DNA of 63,653 nt, counting the filler, from Perkinsus olseni (lineage: Eukaryota), in assembly GCA_013115125.1 (NCBI GenBank). It is 44 parts of 44 records of this genome, joined end to end, with 100 filler letters (N's around TTAATTAATTAA, not from the genome) between each part and the next. Parts side by side here need not be neighbours in the genome. Positions count along the whole stretch, not along the records: positions 1 to 1,389 come from JABANN010001915.1; positions 1,490 to 2,874 come from JABANN010001916.1; positions 2,975 to 4,356 come from JABANN010001917.1; positions 4,457 to 5,837 come from JABANN010001918.1; positions 5,938 to 7,316 come from JABANN010001919.1; positions 7,417 to 8,795 come from JABANN010001920.1; positions 8,896 to 10,272 come from JABANN010001921.1; positions 10,373 to 11,745 come from JABANN010001922.1; 36 more parts are not named here. The stretch is one strand, 5' to 3'. Made by a program: the position numbers and the translations under genes. Under the pieces are notes generated by a model that saw nothing but the letters and a program-made list of their open reading frames with translations, did no database searches and had not been told where the DNA came from. Positions within the stretch are counted from its first letter, which is position 1. Every line of letters begins with the position of its first letter. Positions 1-12,307 of the stretch are shown one piece after another.

Positions 1-1
1 T

Positions 2-1389
2 GTGGAGGCTCGCCGAAATTTGAAGGAGTTGGGTATTGATTGTAGCCTCCGCAGCCTTCAAGATGATGTTATTGTTGCTGGACCTACTGCTCAAATGGTT
101 AATGATGGATTAGATGCTCTGATTAAGGTGGTGAGGAGCTTCGGTTTTGAGTGTCGTGACTCTAAGGTTCAGAGAGCTACTGATCATCTGGTCTTCTGCG
201 GCCATATGATTTCCGGCCGCGAAATTGGACTGCCTCTGCTCACTCCTTGCCCACAGCGGCGAGACTTGTCATCGGCCGCCTTTGAAGCCGAGTGGGAGAC
301 TTTCGTTAAGAAATGTAAGTCCTCGTCTGCAAGGCTTAAGTTCTTGAGGAAGTGGGCTGGTGTCTTCCAGTGGTTTGGCCATTGGTTGGAAGACCGGGAT
401 CAAGATGCTCTGCGTTGTCTCAATGGTGTCGTTAAGAAGTTGCTCAACAATGATGCTATTGAAGACGCGCAATGGAAGGAGGTGTCTGTTGCTTGGCATG
501 TCTTGGCTCAGAGTTTTATGAGGGGTCTTACACCTTTGTATTTGGGTCGTTGTATCGCCACCTTGGTGGTCACGGATTCTAATGTGCAGTCGTGGTATGG
601 CGCTATCTTAGGGGTGGTGATCTTGAACGCTGACTCGGCTTGTCCTGCTTTGTTCCCGGAACTTGAGGAACGGCTATATAATGTCAGTCCCTGTGATGAT
701 ATTTTTCCCATGCCTCCTAGCGGAATGACTTATAGGGTCCTCCCTGTCCGTCTCTGCGGAGGAGTGTGGAAGAAGAGAGAGCAGCTAAGAAGCTCAACGT
801 GGCGGGAACGAGGGGCTCAGCTGCAGTGCGTGTCAGAGAATCTGGATGCTCTAAGAGGAGACCGCGTTATCAGTCTGAATGATAACGCCAATCTGTGTAA
901 GACGTGGCGCGATGTTCAGGGTGATTTCGGTTATGCGTCTGAGCCATATGCTGGTGTATGGATTAAGCGTTGGGAGCTTTTTGAGGCATATGTTGATAAG
1001 TGTGTGTGGTTGCCTCGAGAGGTGGATGCTCTTCGCTGGACAGATATGTCTGCCCGAAGGCTGGCCGATAATGATCTTGGCAGCGATGTGGCTGGTGAGG
1101 TAAAGGTGCTTCCTGTTCGTGCTGATGACTCTTCCACTCGTCTCGATGTTGATGATGGGACGAAGCGCGAGGTAGATGGTATTTATGACCAACTGACCGT
1201 CCCGGAGGAGAAGATGCACTCTATCATGGTTGCTTTCTCAGGGAAGGATAGCTACGAGGAGGCTATGGTGTGGCTGTCTTCTCAGCAAAAGGAGGATGAG
1301 CAGTTGGCTAAGATCCGTGACTCCTGTGAGAAAGATCGGAAGGAGAGTCGCCAATTCTGCTTGGAGGAAGACTGTCTTTTCCACCTAGG
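2..1389 (+). mobile_element. LTR retrotransposon pol fragment (RT C-terminal half, RNase H, start of integrase region)
   Basis: Open across the contig; LQDDVIVAG (YxDD position), FCGHMI, RNase H-like VTDSN / SSTWRE / NDN, then the QQKEDEQL motif typical before an integrase Zn finger. Confidence 0.75.
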
Positions 1390-1489
1390 NNNNNNNNNNN
1401 NNNNNNNNNNNNNNNNNNNNNNNNNNNNNNNNNTTAATTAATTAANNNNNNNNNNNNNNNNNNNNNNNNNNNNNNNNNNNNNNNNNNNN
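1390..1489. other. Artificial contig linker (N44-TTAATTAATTAA-N44), repeated every ~1.4-1.5 kb through the window
   Basis: Identical 100-nt spacer with stops in all six frames; intervening contigs decrease steadily in length. Confidence 0.98.
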
Positions 1490-1753
1490 GTAGTTATGGG
1501 ATTGGATTATAGCGTGTGAGCAGATCTCTTACTGTGCTGTGACGGTACGGTTTGAGAGGTTGTCACGGTTAATGTGATAATCGCGTATGTCGTTCTGTTT
1601 ACACTGACCTGAGAGTTCACCGCGTCGTGTCACTTGTGATAAGTCTGTTACGGTTTACTTATCGCTAAGTAAGTCACGCGTCTAAGTTCATTCACGCGCA
1701 ACACTTAGTATACTCTACAACCCCGTATACCTTGACATCTAATTGGTAGCAGC
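1490..1753 (+). mobile_element. Probable 3' part of a 5' LTR (ending ...TTGACA at 1737) and initiator-Met primer-binding site TGGTAGCAGC (1744-1753)
   Basis: CA terminus followed within 6 nt by TGGTAGCAG, complementary to the ...CTGCTACCA 3' end of eukaryotic tRNA-iMet; lies just upstream of gag. Confidence 0.55.
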
Positions 1754-1792
1754 TCCTTGTTCTACTACTATGCGTTACTATCGGTTATAAAT

Positions 1793-2810
1793 ATGGTATC
1801 TGGTGACTTTCCTACGACTGAGAAGAATGTGGATGAAGTTGCGACGGCCACCTTTAACCAGTATAAGGATATGGGAGCCTCGGACGAAGTGGCTGGTATG
1901 GCTCGTGATACCCGGCCGAGCTAGTGCCGTAGCTCACAATGAGGTAGTGAGGGCCTTAAGAGAGGCTGGTTATGATTCTGGTAGAGGTTCCGCTGGTTCT
2001 TCGGCCCGTCCTACTTTCCCTTCGTCTTCTGGTACTGCTGGTTCCACTGTGATTCAAGTAATGCAGACGCCTATGCCTGAGCGTTACGATGGTGTTACTG
2101 ACTTCGAGGATTGGCTACGTCGTTATGAAGCCGATGCTCGTGGGTTGGACCGAACCTCAAATGGCTGAGCGTCTCGGTAATTATCTTCGTGACGCCTATT
2201 TGGATGTGTGGCATCAACACTGTACTAAGAAGGACTTTGAGTCGGATCGTTTATCGTTGTTGGCAATGTTCTCTCCGGTTCGGCCCGACGAGATTTTGGC
2301 TAAGTTCAACGGTATGACTTGGGATCGTACTACTCGTGTGGTGGCGTTCTTGACTTCTCTTCATCGTTGTATGAACCACTACAATGAGTCCTTGCCCTAT
2401 GATAGGAAGCTCAGTGCCGAGACTATGGACCAGATGGTTATGGATAGGCTGATCGCCAATGCTCCGGATGCGGCCAAGTCAGTACTTCGTCGTCGAGCTC
2501 CCAAGACGGTAAAGGAGATTTGTGAGATCTTTGAGGACTACAAGGAAAAGTTTGGCCCGTCCGCCCAGCTCAGTCGCAAGCAGACGCTACTAAGGGTAGT
2601 GATGATGGTATGGGTCCTCCTTCTAGTATGATCCGAGCTTTGGTCGGTTCGCTAGAGAAGCTATTTGACCAGCAAGAGCGAAGGCTCGCGGCGGCAATGC
2701 ATCCTAATTAGTGCTTCTCATGTGGTGGTGAGCATTGGTTGAAGGACTGTCCCCACAAGAAGTTTAGTGAGGGTTGCTTCGTATGCGGTGCCAAGGACCA
2801 TTCGGTGAGG
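1793..2810 (+). pseudogene. Frameshifted retrotransposon gag with two CCHC-type zinc knuckles
   Basis: PERYDGVTDFEDWLRRYE capsid-like start split across ORFs 1803-2168 and 2089-2631; CFSCGGEHWLKDC and CFVCGAKDH at ~2712-2805 after a TAG. Confidence 0.8.
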
Positions 2811-4456
2811 ATCATATCGTACAGTTGCAACTCGTAGCAACTCTGCTCGTGTACCACAAATTCGTACAGTTTCANNNNNNNNNNNNNNNNNNNNNNNNNN
2901 NNNNNNNNNNNNNNNNNNTTAATTAATTAANNNNNNNNNNNNNNNNNNNNNNNNNNNNNNNNNNNNNNNNNNNNTATTGCCAGAGCGGGCAGTGCCATCA
3001 CGTTGCAATGGTTCTGGAGGCTGCTGCGGATAGCTCTCGGGTAAGTGAACGGCACGATATGTCATATCGTGCGCCAATGACGTCATGTCATTTGTTCATA
3101 TCGGATATGAACAAATATATCAAGCGTTGTTGTCTGCAGCTATGCTCGAGAACCTTCGGGCGCCATGCAGCTGCACACACGACATCTTCACTCCCGCATC
3201 GCAGCTCGACATTGGAGCAGACGAGTTCATCCTCGAGTGTAAGCTCGCATACGCCGAAGTGCTTCGTGTGATGACGGGCTACGGGATTATTTTCTTTTCA
3301 GAGCTCTTCCCGTGCTGGGCCAGCGGTAACCGGCAAGCGCAGGATAGCAGATGGTGTCCTACGAAAGAACGGACGACCCCAATATTGGGGTCCTGCGCTG
3401 AAGAAGAACAAGACGGATACAATGCCTCTGAAGCCCACCGACGTAGATTCTCTCCCTCCTCATGTCGCTGCAACTGTGCGTGATGGCATATACGAATCTC
3501 ACGACTAGAGTTCCGTCACAGTGACGGAACTCTAGTCGAGTGACGGCGTCACTCGATTAGTCGGACAGTCCTACTCGGACTAGTTTCCGCTCTTTAATTG
3601 AATCATTCAATTTGAATGTCTTCGGGTAGCGCAATTTTTTAATTTCGTATCAAGTAGTCCGATTTCTTGATCTTCGTGCCATCGTTATCACTCGCTTCTA
3701 CACGAAGTTGCGTTCTTGGGGAAAGTCGTGATTGGGCAATGAAGCTAGATTGGTGCAACACCAGCGATGCATCAGCGACCTCAACATTCACTAATATTGA
3801 ACAATCTTATCGATCCAGTTCACATCTGCCTGCACGGCAGTGCCTTGACTAAACCTTGTCGAATTGCCAATTTGGCTGATACCGGTAGCATCGAAAAGGA
3901 TGAAAATATATTTTCCTGTGACCTAGGAAAATCGGGAAGAACATCTTTGCGCTTCGGCAATTGTAGAGTCTCAGGGTGTCGTACTTCAAGTCGAGGGTAG
4001 CGGCCACCCCTCCAGGCTTCCCAGCTGCCGGGCACGACAGTGGCCCCACCTACGACTCGCAGATTGCGAATTAATCCTCACACTGTGAAGTCTACAGCAA
4101 AGCGTTGCGAGTATTCCCTCAAGTTGAGGGCCTCAAAAGGAACAGATATGGGAGTGGGGTCTATCAAATGACTGCGGGATCGTCCGAGGAGTATCGAATC
4201 ATCGGCGGCAACTGCGGTGAGTAAAAAGAATTCCTTCCTGCCTCCGGATTCCGGGGGATAATTCTTCTCTTCAGGCCGGTGACCATACGCTCAGAAATGG
4301 AAACTTTCAATTTGAAAGCTTAACACATGGGGATAAACTCTCTCACTCGCGTCATANNNNNNNNNNNNNNNNNNNNNNNNNNNNNNNNNNNNNNNNNNNN
4401 TTAATTAATTAANNNNNNNNNNNNNNNNNNNNNNNNNNNNNNNNNNNNNNNNNNNN

Positions 4457-5722
4457 GATCGACGGGAGCTGCACTATCACGTTGTGAAAGTGAAAAAGTA
4501 CTATGTCCTCTTCCGCTGCTTGATATTTGGGCTCAAAAGTAGTCCAGTGCTGTGGGGAAGAGCTGCTGCCCAGGCCACTCGCCTGGCCCAGCTATTATAC
4601 GACTCACGTGACCCTGACTGCGGCCGGATCGAGACCTTTGTCGACGATCCCTTCATAGCTGTGAAGGCAGCAACGGTAGGTCTTTGTCGCTTGTTGTTGT
4701 GCATCCCGGCCCTCCTCTGGTTATGTCTGGGTTACAGACTAAGCTTCCCCAAGAGGCAAGTCGGCTTTCCTTTGAAGTGGATAGGGATAACTATTTGGAC
4801 TGTGGGAGAAGGTGTGGTGGTCAGTCTGTCTGCCCAGAAGCTGGCCACTATATGTGGTGTGGTAGAGTCGGTCGTCGACCGTCGCCTGAGGTTGAGGCAG
4901 ACGGAGCTCCGTCGTTTGTGCGGTCGCCTCTCGTGGGTTGGACACGTGGTACCCTACTTCAATGCCTTCACGGCGGGGCTGTGGCGTCGACTGAGCTTGG
5001 CAGAGAAGCTCCAGCAGGCGTGGGTTCCGGCTAAGGACTTGTATGATGATCTGCGGTGGGTCAAGGCTTTCTTTGCAGTGGTTACTTCCCCGTCTAGCGA
5101 AGGAGCCCTTCCGGTGAACCGAGACTATCTTCGGTTATTCCCAACCAAGCCTGCTAGCGATGTCAAGAAGGATATATGGGTTATCCAGGTGGATGGATCC
5201 CCGGTAGGGGTGGGAGGAATCCTTATTCGAAACGAGATAGTTGTTAGATGGTTCGCTGACGAGCTGACGAATGATGATCTCTCCGTCTTCTCGGCTGCCC
5301 GTGGTGATTGCCGTTGGCAGTCAGTCTGGGAAGGGTTGGCTTTGCTTCTCGGTGTCCGTTTATGGAGAGCTCTCATTCCCACACATTCGGTGGTTATCTG
5401 TCGCTCGGACTCTGCGGTGGTTTTGTCCTCGGCGATGAGCTTTCGATCCAAGTCGGCTAGTCTAAACTGTATTATGAGGGAACTAGCGCTTGACTGTGCG
5501 TTGGGGGCACGCTGGTTCGACTTTCACTTTGAGCACATTAAGGGTTCTCAGAATACCTCTGCAGACTGTTTGAGTAGACTGTCGGCGGGTAAGGCGGTTC
5601 CACCTTCTCTGGCTCAGATCCCTCGTGATAGTTGCCCGAGGCGTGATGCGAGTTTCTGGAGGGTGACCGGGACCGAAAGCCCGAGTCTGTCAGTTGAGAG
5701 TCCAGCTGGGACATTGGAGTAG
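4457..5722 (+). mobile_element. DIRS/Ngaro-type (YR retrotransposon) RT-RNase H ORF, 5' truncated
   Basis: LIFGLKSSP, FVDD, KWIG, LCGRLSW, DLRW, RNase H VDGS..WE..RSDS..HIKGSQNTSADCLSR; no integrase follows. Confidence 0.85.
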
Positions 5723-6118
5723 TTGCTGTGGCGAGCTTAGCCATTCCACCTCGATTGGTCAATAGTGTGTTTCATCTTAAGTCGTTCCTGTTGCGAGTAA
5801 AGTTGTCCGGCTCACGCGTTGTGTGGAGCGGTCGGGTNNNNNNNNNNNNNNNNNNNNNNNNNNNNNNNNNNNNNNNNNNNNTTAATTAATTAANNNNNNN
5901 NNNNNNNNNNNNNNNNNNNNNNNNNNNNNNNNNNNNNTTTGCTAATCTTGCTAACCAGATTGATACATCATTCCAGAATCTTGTGGATGAGGCTAACTAA
6001 TGACAACAACAACCACATCATCATCTGCACTATCATGGTATGTGACTCACGACCTTCACCTCTACGACAGCTACCCTATTCGTTTTACCAGCAGGAGAGG
6101 ATGTGATTTCCCCACTGT

Positions 6119-6151
<33 letters not shown>

Positions 6152-6668
6152 GCCTTGTCGTCAGTGCTGGTGGTGGGTGTTGTTGTACGAGTTAGTTTGA
6201 TGGTTGTTGTTGTTGGTATCGTCGTGTACCACCACGAAGCACAAGAAGCACATCAGCAGCATCTTGTCACTTTTTCTCCTATGGCAGCGTTGTTGGTATC
6301 ATTATTCTCCACCAGATGGTCTTTATCAGACTTGTCATCATGATCATTATTGATGATGGCCCCTGCGGTAAGTGGTGTATGATGATGTTGATGACCAACT
6401 GCTACTGTTATCAGAGTGATGATTCCTTTATGTGATTTTGGGGATAAGTATTGTCATGCAGCCGACGCCGCCGCTGCTGCTCCAGTGGCTGCTGCTGCTG
6501 TGGCTCCGGTTGTTGTTGTTGTTGTTGTTGTTGTTGATAGTACTTATCTCTCACAAGAGTACATTTTCTTCAATCATTATCACTACTTGTTGTGTGTAGT
6601 AATGTGATGTTAACTCGTGGGTTGATGGAGGGTTCCGGTTGGATGCCTCGAGGAGGAGTAGTCTGCTG

Positions 6669-7006
6669 CCATCATAATCAGTCTGGTCCTTGATAGGGAT
6701 TATGCTGTGCTGCTGCTGCTCCTGCTGGTGTCACCATCATAATCAGTCTGGTCCTTGATAGGGATTATGCTGTGCTGCTGCTGCTGCTCCTGCTGGTGTC
6801 ACCATCATAATCAGTCTGGTCCTTGATAGGGATTATGCTGTGCTGCTGCNNNNNNNNNNNNNNNNNNNNNNNNNNNNNNNNNNNNNNNNNNNNNNNNNNN
6901 NNNNNNNNNNNNNNNNNNNNNNNNNNNNNNNNNNNNNNNNNTTGGTGCTGCTGCTCCTGCTGGTGTCACCATCATAATCAGTCTGGTCCTTGATAGGGAT
7001 TATGCT
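6669..7006. repeat. 65-68 bp minisatellite, at least 4 copies, interrupted by an internal scaffold gap (6850-6941)
   Basis: Unit ccatcataatcagtctggtccttgatagggattatgctg...ggtgtca starts at 6669, 6734, 6802 and ~6969. Confidence 0.9.
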
Positions 7007-7244
7007 TTCTCCTTATAGGTATATCCCCGTTGGAGGCAGTCACAGCATCCCTCGTATTGATGCTAAGGGGAGGGGCTGGTGGTCTCTTGTGCTGTTCAAC
7101 CCTGTCCCTGCTGGGAAGGGTAGCAATACTCGTGGTGTTAATGTCTGTTACCTATCGTATGCGTTGTATAGGTAGATAACGTTACTCTGATGACCTCTAA
7201 CAACAACAGCATCATCATCATCCTACTACTACCTAAGCTTAGCT

Positions 7245-7246
7245 CC

Positions 7247-7316
<70 letters not shown>
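7245..7316. repeat. (CAA)n microsatellite at contig end; similar (TTC)n, (ATC)n, (AGT)n, (GTT)n runs at 13318, 36625, 39516, 40788, 62347
   Basis: Direct reading. Confidence 0.95.
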
Positions 7317-7984
7317 NNNNNNNNNNNNNNNNNNNNNNNNNNNNNNNNNNNNNNNNNNNNTTAATTAATTAANNNNNNNNNNNNNNNNNNNNNNNNNNNN
7401 NNNNNNNNNNNNNNNNCCCGACCATGAGCGGCAAGCTGTACAGAGATAACCAGGAGTTCGACTGGCAGACCGGCAACCTCCTCTCTACTAGAGAGGTTTA
7501 TTCGACTCCGGCCGGAGGAAACTTACGAACCTTTGCACTTGTGAATTCTCGGTTCGACCCATTTTTTACTTATCGAAGAGGATTGCCATTGATCATCTCC
7601 CATGGATCTGCTGCTTTTCGCGATTTTGGCTCTTGTTTTTCAGGGTGGTGAAACGGTCTCTGTCAGGCCCTTCTGTGTAGTCGCTGGCCGGAGCTCTTCA
7701 CTGACATTCTTGAAACTCACTCGCGATAAGTTTCCTCTCCTTAAACTCTGCGTCCTGACAAACTCTACTCGAGAAAGGGACTCCTGAGATTCTGTCTTCA
7801 ATTTCGCTGATGAAGTCATTCACTAGCATTGAGCGACTTGGAGATGTGGCAGATTCGGGTTCTTCACAAATATCGTGGGAACTCGACACCGTGAAATGCT
7901 GAACACTCTGATTGAGCCATCTGCTAGCTTTGACCCCGGCTAGGGTCCAAGAGTTGTGCTCCTACCCACTGCCGCGTCCTCAGC

Positions 7985-8795
7985 TTGTCTGCATTCACCT
8001 CGTCAATGGCCATGCCGAGCTTCCCATCCACGTTCACCTCCTGGTGGTTGAACTTCACGACTCCGTTAATAGTGCTGATCTATCCGATTCGAATACACGG
8101 TCCGAGCTACTTCACGCACGTAGTGGTGTGCGTGACGCTGTCCGTCGCCGCCGTCATCCTTGCCGCGTCGCCATTCCTACCGATGCAACTTGTCATTGTG
8201 ATGGCCGTGGTGGTCGGTAAGACTCCAAGCTCCGTCAGTTGCAACCACCGACTTGTACAGGTACTTCGACGGTATTCTTTCCCCTCATAGCGGTGATGGC
8301 GTCATCTGCCTGCGCTTCGGGTAAGCGAGCCACGCAGGATCGAGGGCCCCTACTGGGTGTCTCAGGCCTCGTCACGTATGTCGTCTGGACGTCGGTCTCT
8401 CAGCAGTACTCGTATTTTCACCTTGGTGTGGGCGTAGTTGCTCTCTTGACTGCCGCGGCAACTCTGGCGAGTCGGAGGTTGTTCGACAACTGGCAGATGG
8501 TAAGTCAAGCGACCCCATTCGGGGCGGTTCAGGCTTCTCCCCAGCGATTCAGCGTGGGCTCGATAAAGTACTCGGAAAGTACCGTAAGCACAGGAGAGCT
8601 CGATATGAGTCAACCAATAACAGTCTAACGATGAATCACTTGACCCTAGCGGAAGACAATGACACAATGGGTGGCGTGCGCGCTTGCGACATGACCAAAA
8701 TACTCTTCTTTATGCAGTTGTTTTGCCCCATCATAGGAGGCTACCTGATTGCCTCTGCGGCCGGCTGTCAGTGGTGGGTCTGGGTAACCTCCGCA
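7985..8795 (+). CDS. Multi-exon polytopic membrane protein fragment (transporter-like)
   Basis: Successive hydrophobic segments joined by short GTAAG...AG introns (e.g. 8217-8260); runs off the contig end. Confidence 0.5.
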
Positions 8796-8898
8796 NNNNN
8801 NNNNNNNNNNNNNNNNNNNNNNNNNNNNNNNNNNNNNNNTTAATTAATTAANNNNNNNNNNNNNNNNNNNNNNNNNNNNNNNNNNNNNNNNNNNNATA

Positions 8899-10272
8899 CA
8901 GTGCGTTCGCTTTTGATATGCAAATCGCAGAAATTGAGCTTTCTCCGTTACTACGGAGCTTTTACGGGTGAGAGTCGGACTGCCCATGTATTTCTCAGAG
9001 AGGAATCCAATGGTGTATCGATCAGCCGTTTCATCGACCGTTTCGTCGTTGTAGGAAGCGCGAAGTGAATTTCGCGCGCGTCAAGTGTTCGGTTTTGATA
9101 TGCAACCGTGCCGTTAAGAGGTAATACCGGACCGCAAGCTTGGCTAGAGCACTTCGTGTACAGCTATTCACCACTCTGCCTTCGCTGCTCATGCCTACAT
9201 TTAGTTTCACTACAGCATTGCATCAGGAAAATTTCCTTTCCTAATATTACGGTGATCCGTGCCGTAAGCAACAGGGTACCTGATCACAGTTCACAGGCGT
9301 GGATCGGTGGGGTTAACAATATTCTGAGGAGCATGCCGCTGAGTTATAGAGGCTCCTGTGTCACTAGCTACGTTTTTTACTGGTGTTGTTGCCTTAAATG
9401 GCAGTCGAGCTCCAGGGCGCGCGCGTTAGAACGGCCGTTTTCCAGACGAAACGGTTAAGTAAGTATATTTGCTTTGCGTATCCGCATAGTGCTCGTGAGC
9501 AGCTTTCGTTCCATATTCGGCTTGTGATAAAACACTTCAATGAGGAATTCTAAATGCTCAGCGAAGCTTCGCTGCCCGAAAAATGCCAATTCTACAGCCT
9601 AAGCCACCACTTATGAGTGCATGGCATTATCATACCGCATATTTTCGTTATTGCTGCGGGTTGGGCGACAGTTCGCACACCAATCGCAAGCTAATCGCAA
9701 CGCGTTCCCGAAAACACTATTAAAGTACTGTTAGCCGAGCCGTTTCGTGAACGAAACTGTTCATAAGATGCGCACGCCCGAACATCGAGCGCCCAATCAT
9801 GAGTGAAGAAGCTCGCGGTGTGCCTCTTTCCGGGCTTATTGACATTCAGAGTGTCTCACCAAGTAGTGCAAGAGCCACGAGCATCTGACCACCCAGTTTT
9901 TGGTCACAAATCGATCATTATATGGTGCGAGGCACGGGTCAACGAAAGATCGTATAACGAGGTGATTTTGTAGCGTACAGTGCTAGCTGAGCCCGGTATT
10001 AGCAGCGTACGGCTCTACGTAGTGCTATCCTATGCGCACGGACCTTGCCGTGTAGTTAACATCGTGTAATTCCTCTTAACGGCACGGTTGCATATCAAAA
10101 CCGAACACTTGGCGCGCGCGAAATTCACTTCGCGCTTTCTACAACGATGAAACGGTCGATGAAACGGCTAATCGATACACCATTGGATTCCTCTCTCGGA
10201 AATACACGAGCAGTCCAACTTTCACTCGTAAAAGCTTCGTACTAACGGAGAAAGCTCACTTTTTGCGAATTG
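8899..10272. mobile_element. Non-autonomous Tc1/mariner-like element with ~220-bp imperfect TIRs (8899-9121; 10072-contig end)
   Basis: Arms are reverse complements; begins TA|CAGTG; no convincing internal ORF. Confidence 0.85.
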
Positions 10273-10372
10273 NNNNNNNNNNNNNNNNNNNNNNNNNNNN
10301 NNNNNNNNNNNNNNNNTTAATTAATTAANNNNNNNNNNNNNNNNNNNNNNNNNNNNNNNNNNNNNNNNNNNN

Positions 10373-11745
10373 CTTCTTCCAGTGCTCGTCGGCCGAACAT
10401 CACATCAAAAGGAGTAAGACTGGGCAATCCCAAAGCAGTCAATGGCCTCGAATTCAACCTACGGATAGCCAAGCCCAAGAACCGTTCCCACGATGTGGAA
10501 CCCTCACAAGACCGAGACACCAGCCTGGCGACCTTTTTAATGCCGCCCACGGACTTTTCCGCAAGGCCATTGGCCCAAGGAGAAAAACGGGAACTATGAA
10601 TAATTCCCGTCCCCACCTTTCGCATCTCCCGCCTGAAAAAGGCCGACCGAAAGGCCGGGCCCTGATCACATCGGAGCTTGGCGATCAGACCGTACTCCAT
10701 CATAATGCCCAGTATAGTAAAAGTAACCGATCGACTGGTCTGATCAGGCATACCCCTCGCAAGGGCAAATCTTGAATACGAATCCACACATATTAACGCA
10801 TACCTGTTGCTGCTTGAGGGGGATGGACTGAACGGACCACAAACATCAACACTCGCCACAGCGAACACACGGAGAGTAGCAGGATCCAACCGTGCGAAGT
10901 CATCTCCTCGAACAAAACGTTTAGTGGCAGAGCGCTGACACAGAGGGCAAACTTTACAACAGCGAGAGACGAGCTTGTTAAGACCCTTGATAGAGAAGAC
11001 CTTAGTGATCCTCTGTTTAGTATACCTCGGACACAAATGACTATACCTCTCATGGAAAGCGCGGACGATCCGTTCGGCCTCCTTGTGGCCGACCTCGGTA
11101 TCCACAGGTATAACGTAAACTTCCAGAGGCTCTCGAAGCGGATCACCATAAGGATAATGCAAGCGACAGAGGATACCATCGGAAAGCAGACGATAATTTT
11201 GGGTAGCATCTCTCAAAAGTACTCTATCCTTCGCCGAATATCGCTCAATATCATCAGCCATTACCGCTTCCAACCACTCACAATAGGCCCTCAAAGTCGG
11301 AGAGTCTCGTTGGAGTGAGCGCAACCTCATACGAGGATTCCCATCCCCAACCAAAATACTCAAATAATCCTCCTGATGAATCAAGGGGAACTTTGGTGAG
11401 TCACTCACATTCTCGTCGCCGTCGTCAGCGTCCAATACAGCTTGTAGTAGGAGACTCTCTGGTTCCACATCATCAAGACCCAGAGCAGTAGTGATGCCCC
11501 AGTGCTCTATAAGCCTGCTGAGCCGATCAGCCGGATTTAGAGCACCCTCAACCTTACTATAAGTCACCGTTATACCACAGGCACGAATGTCGGATACCAG
11601 CTCATTAATACAGCAGACCAACCTTTGGACGGCAACCTTCTCGATGGACTTAGCACCTATACGCTTTTCCAGCCACCGAAGTGCGGTCTGGGAGTCAGCG
11701 TAGATAGTAATAGATGACACAGGAGGGCTAATGGTTCTATGACCA
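10373..11745 (-). mobile_element. LTR retrotransposon RNase H end + integrase (HHCC + rve core)
   Basis: YADSQ, NPADRLSR, H-x4-H...CPLC, VDVCGPF, CVDSYSR, CDQG, NGLAEK. Confidence 0.9.
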
Positions 11746-11845
11746 NNNNNNNNNNNNNNNNNNNNNNNNNNNNNNNNNNNNNNNNNNNNTTAATTAATTA
11801 ANNNNNNNNNNNNNNNNNNNNNNNNNNNNNNNNNNNNNNNNNNNN

Positions 11846-11970
11846 CAACTACTACTACTGCCATTACTAGTAGTGTCGTCGTTCAACTACTACTACTGCC
11901 ATTACTAGTAGTGTCGTCGTTCAACTACTACTACTGCCATTACTAGTAGTGTCGTCGTTCAACTACTGCC
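11846..11970. repeat. 38-bp tandem repeat, ~3.3 copies
   Basis: caactactactactgccattactagtagtgtcgtcgtt repeated. Confidence 0.9.
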
Positions 11971-12137
11971 CTACTGGAGTTCGTAACTCAATAGGTGTGG
12001 ATAGGAGATGATTGTGATTAATTATACAATAAGTAATACGCTTCATAAAATGATAATAATAATGAACTTGTGGCAGAATGATGAGGATGGACATGGTCAT
12101 GGGGGATGCGGCAAGAATGATAACCTCTTCTCTTGCA

Positions 12138-12237
12138 TCATTCTTTTGTTATCCTCTTCGTAATACCACTAGGGAAGTGTATTTCCTTGCTCCCATCCGT
12201 GTAATGGTATTCCTAAAGTCAAACTACTACATGCTCG

Positions 12238-12307
<70 letters not shown>

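Noticed and set aside
1434-1445. Regularly spaced TTAATTAATTAA as a biological repeat
   Set aside because: Always embedded in N runs; it is an assembly linker, and ORFs ending in X..LIN/N are artefacts
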